In this document: one piece after another, positions 62,824 to 64,000 of the stretch | How positions within the stretch are numbered: the first letter of the stretch is position 1 | How the letters are laid out: each line of letters starts with the position of its first letter | DNA from: Alphaproteobacteria bacterium | GTDB taxonomy: Bacteria > Pseudomonadota > Alphaproteobacteria > MPNO01 > UBA830 | Reading direction: 5' to 3' | Assembly: GCA_964291215.2 (NCBI GenBank) | Contig: OZ219790.1 | Coordinates: forward strand, 2,304,001 to 2,368,000 | Length of the DNA stretch: 64,000 nt | Program-made: the position numbers and the translations under genes | The notes under the pieces: generated by a model | What the model saw: only the letters and a program-made list of their open reading frames with translations | What the model was told of the DNA's origin: nothing | Database searches by the model: none

Positions 62824-64000
62824 TCAGACCGTCGTGGCGCCCAACATACCGGAACGGCGAAGCGAGGTAATCATCGCGGCGTTGAGCATGAATTCGCGCG
62901 CCCGCCGGGGGTCGGCTGCGATCGCACGCATCTCGTCGAGATTGCGCCGGCGGACCTCGGGGTCACGTTCCTCCATCAGCTTCTTGTTGCGTTCCGTAAT
63001 AGCGTTGATGGCATTGACGGCCTCGGGGCGGCGCTGCCCCTCGTAACCGTCGAGTTCCGCCTCGCCGGCATCGCCATGCCAGACCCGCGCCAGGCGGCTG
63101 CACAGCCCGAGAGCGTCATGCAGCCCGCCGTTCAACCCCATGCCGCCGAGCGGATTGTTGATGTGGGCGGCGTCGCCGGCGAGAAAAGCGCGTCCCTTGC
63201 GATAGGTCCGCGCCACGCGCTGGGACACGCGGTAAATGGCGCGGACGAGAATCGGATAGTCGCCCTCGCGGGGCAGGAGGTTCTGGAGCGCGTTCTGGAG
63301 GTGGCGGTCGGTGATCGCGTCGTCGGGCCCGACCGTGGTCTCGACCGGCAGCACCACCCGCCACATGTCCGGAATCTCGAGAAGAAGGAACCATTCGACG
63401 GGATCGGCCGTGTAGTTGACCGAGCAGATGTCGGGCATGTGGGCACGGAAATCGTACTGCGTGCCGGCGACCAGGAAGTGTTCCGGATGGGTGAAGCCCT
63501 CGAAGGCGATTCCGAGTTCCCTGCGCACCGTCGACCGTCCGCCGTCGGCGGCGATCAGCCAGGCGCCGGCGATCTCGACCGGGCCGGCGGGCGTGTCGCA
63601 GCTTACGGTAACGCCGTCATCGCCCTGGCTGACGCCGGTAACGCGGTGACGGAACAGGATCTCGGCGTTGCCGTCGGCGGCCAGGCGTCCGTACAGCCAT
63701 TCGACCAGCTTGAACTGCTCGCACTGCAGGCGGAACGGATATGAGGTCTCGTCGCTGATGGCACCAAGATCGAATTCGGCGATGCGCCCCTTGCGGCGGT
63801 CGCGAAACTGCCAGACCGGGCATTTCAGCCCGCGATCGAGCAGGGCGCCGGTAATGCCGCTCTCCTCGAACAGATCGAGCGTCGGCGGATGGAACGTCGA
63901 GGCGCGGTAGTCGATCTGGACAGCATCCTCGGCCTCGATCAGGGTGACCGGAATGCCGGCGCGCGCAAGGAGCCAGGCAGCGGTCGACCCGACCGGCCCG
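62824..64000 (-). CDS. FAD-dependent monooxygenase (5' end outside the window)
   Basis: Frame open to the window edge (GPVGSTAAWLL), AADGGRS, LAGDAAHINNPLGGMGLNGG. Confidence 0.88.
   Translation of the reverse strand, partial: GPVGSTAAWLLARAGIPVTLIEAEDAVQIDYRASTFHPPTLDLFEESGITGALLDRGLKCPVWQFRDRRKGRIAEFDLGAISDETSYPFRLQCEQFKLVEWLYGRLAADGNAEILFRHRVTGVSQGDDGVTVSCDTPAGPVEIAGAWLIAADGGRSTVRRELGIAFEGFTHPEHFLVAGTQYDFRAHMPDICSVNYTADPVEWFLLLEIPDMWRVVLPVETTVGPDDAITDRHLQNALQNLLPREGDYPILVRAIYRVSQRVARTYRKGRAFLAGDAAHINNPLGGMGLNGGLHDALGLCSRLARVWHGDAGEAELDGYEGQRRPEAVNAINAITERNKKLMEERDPEVRRRNLDEMRAIAADPRRAREFMLNAAMITSLRRSGMLGATTV

Overview
GC-rich bacterial chromosome segment, most likely alphaproteobacterial (Rhodospirillales-like). 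That placement is inferred from rpsD, nadE, class II DAHP synthase and an alpha-type LexA box. Intact housekeeping, transport and aromatic-catabolism genes (proXWV, tRNA-Ala(CGC), msrB, nadE, cimA, trmJ, rpsD, two Rieske oxygenase pairs, ALDH, M17 peptidase) alternate with clusters of dead mobile elements riddled with short deletions: ISAzo13, two ISKra4/ISLre2-like copies, three group II introns, IS1634, two DUF4338-ISAs1 elements, IS66, IS630, Rpn and a MITE. The standout is an intact nine-gene Dot/Icm (type IVB / IncI tra-like) operon at 45.6-56.1 kb. No relaxase, coupling protein or DotB/C/D gene is present in the window. A perfect alpha-type SOS box (GAAC-N7-GAAC) sits about 70 bp upstream of its first gene, and a gene for a tandem RNAP-alphaCTD plus sigma4-like protein precedes it. 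All family assignments come from motif recognition by eye; no database searches were run.
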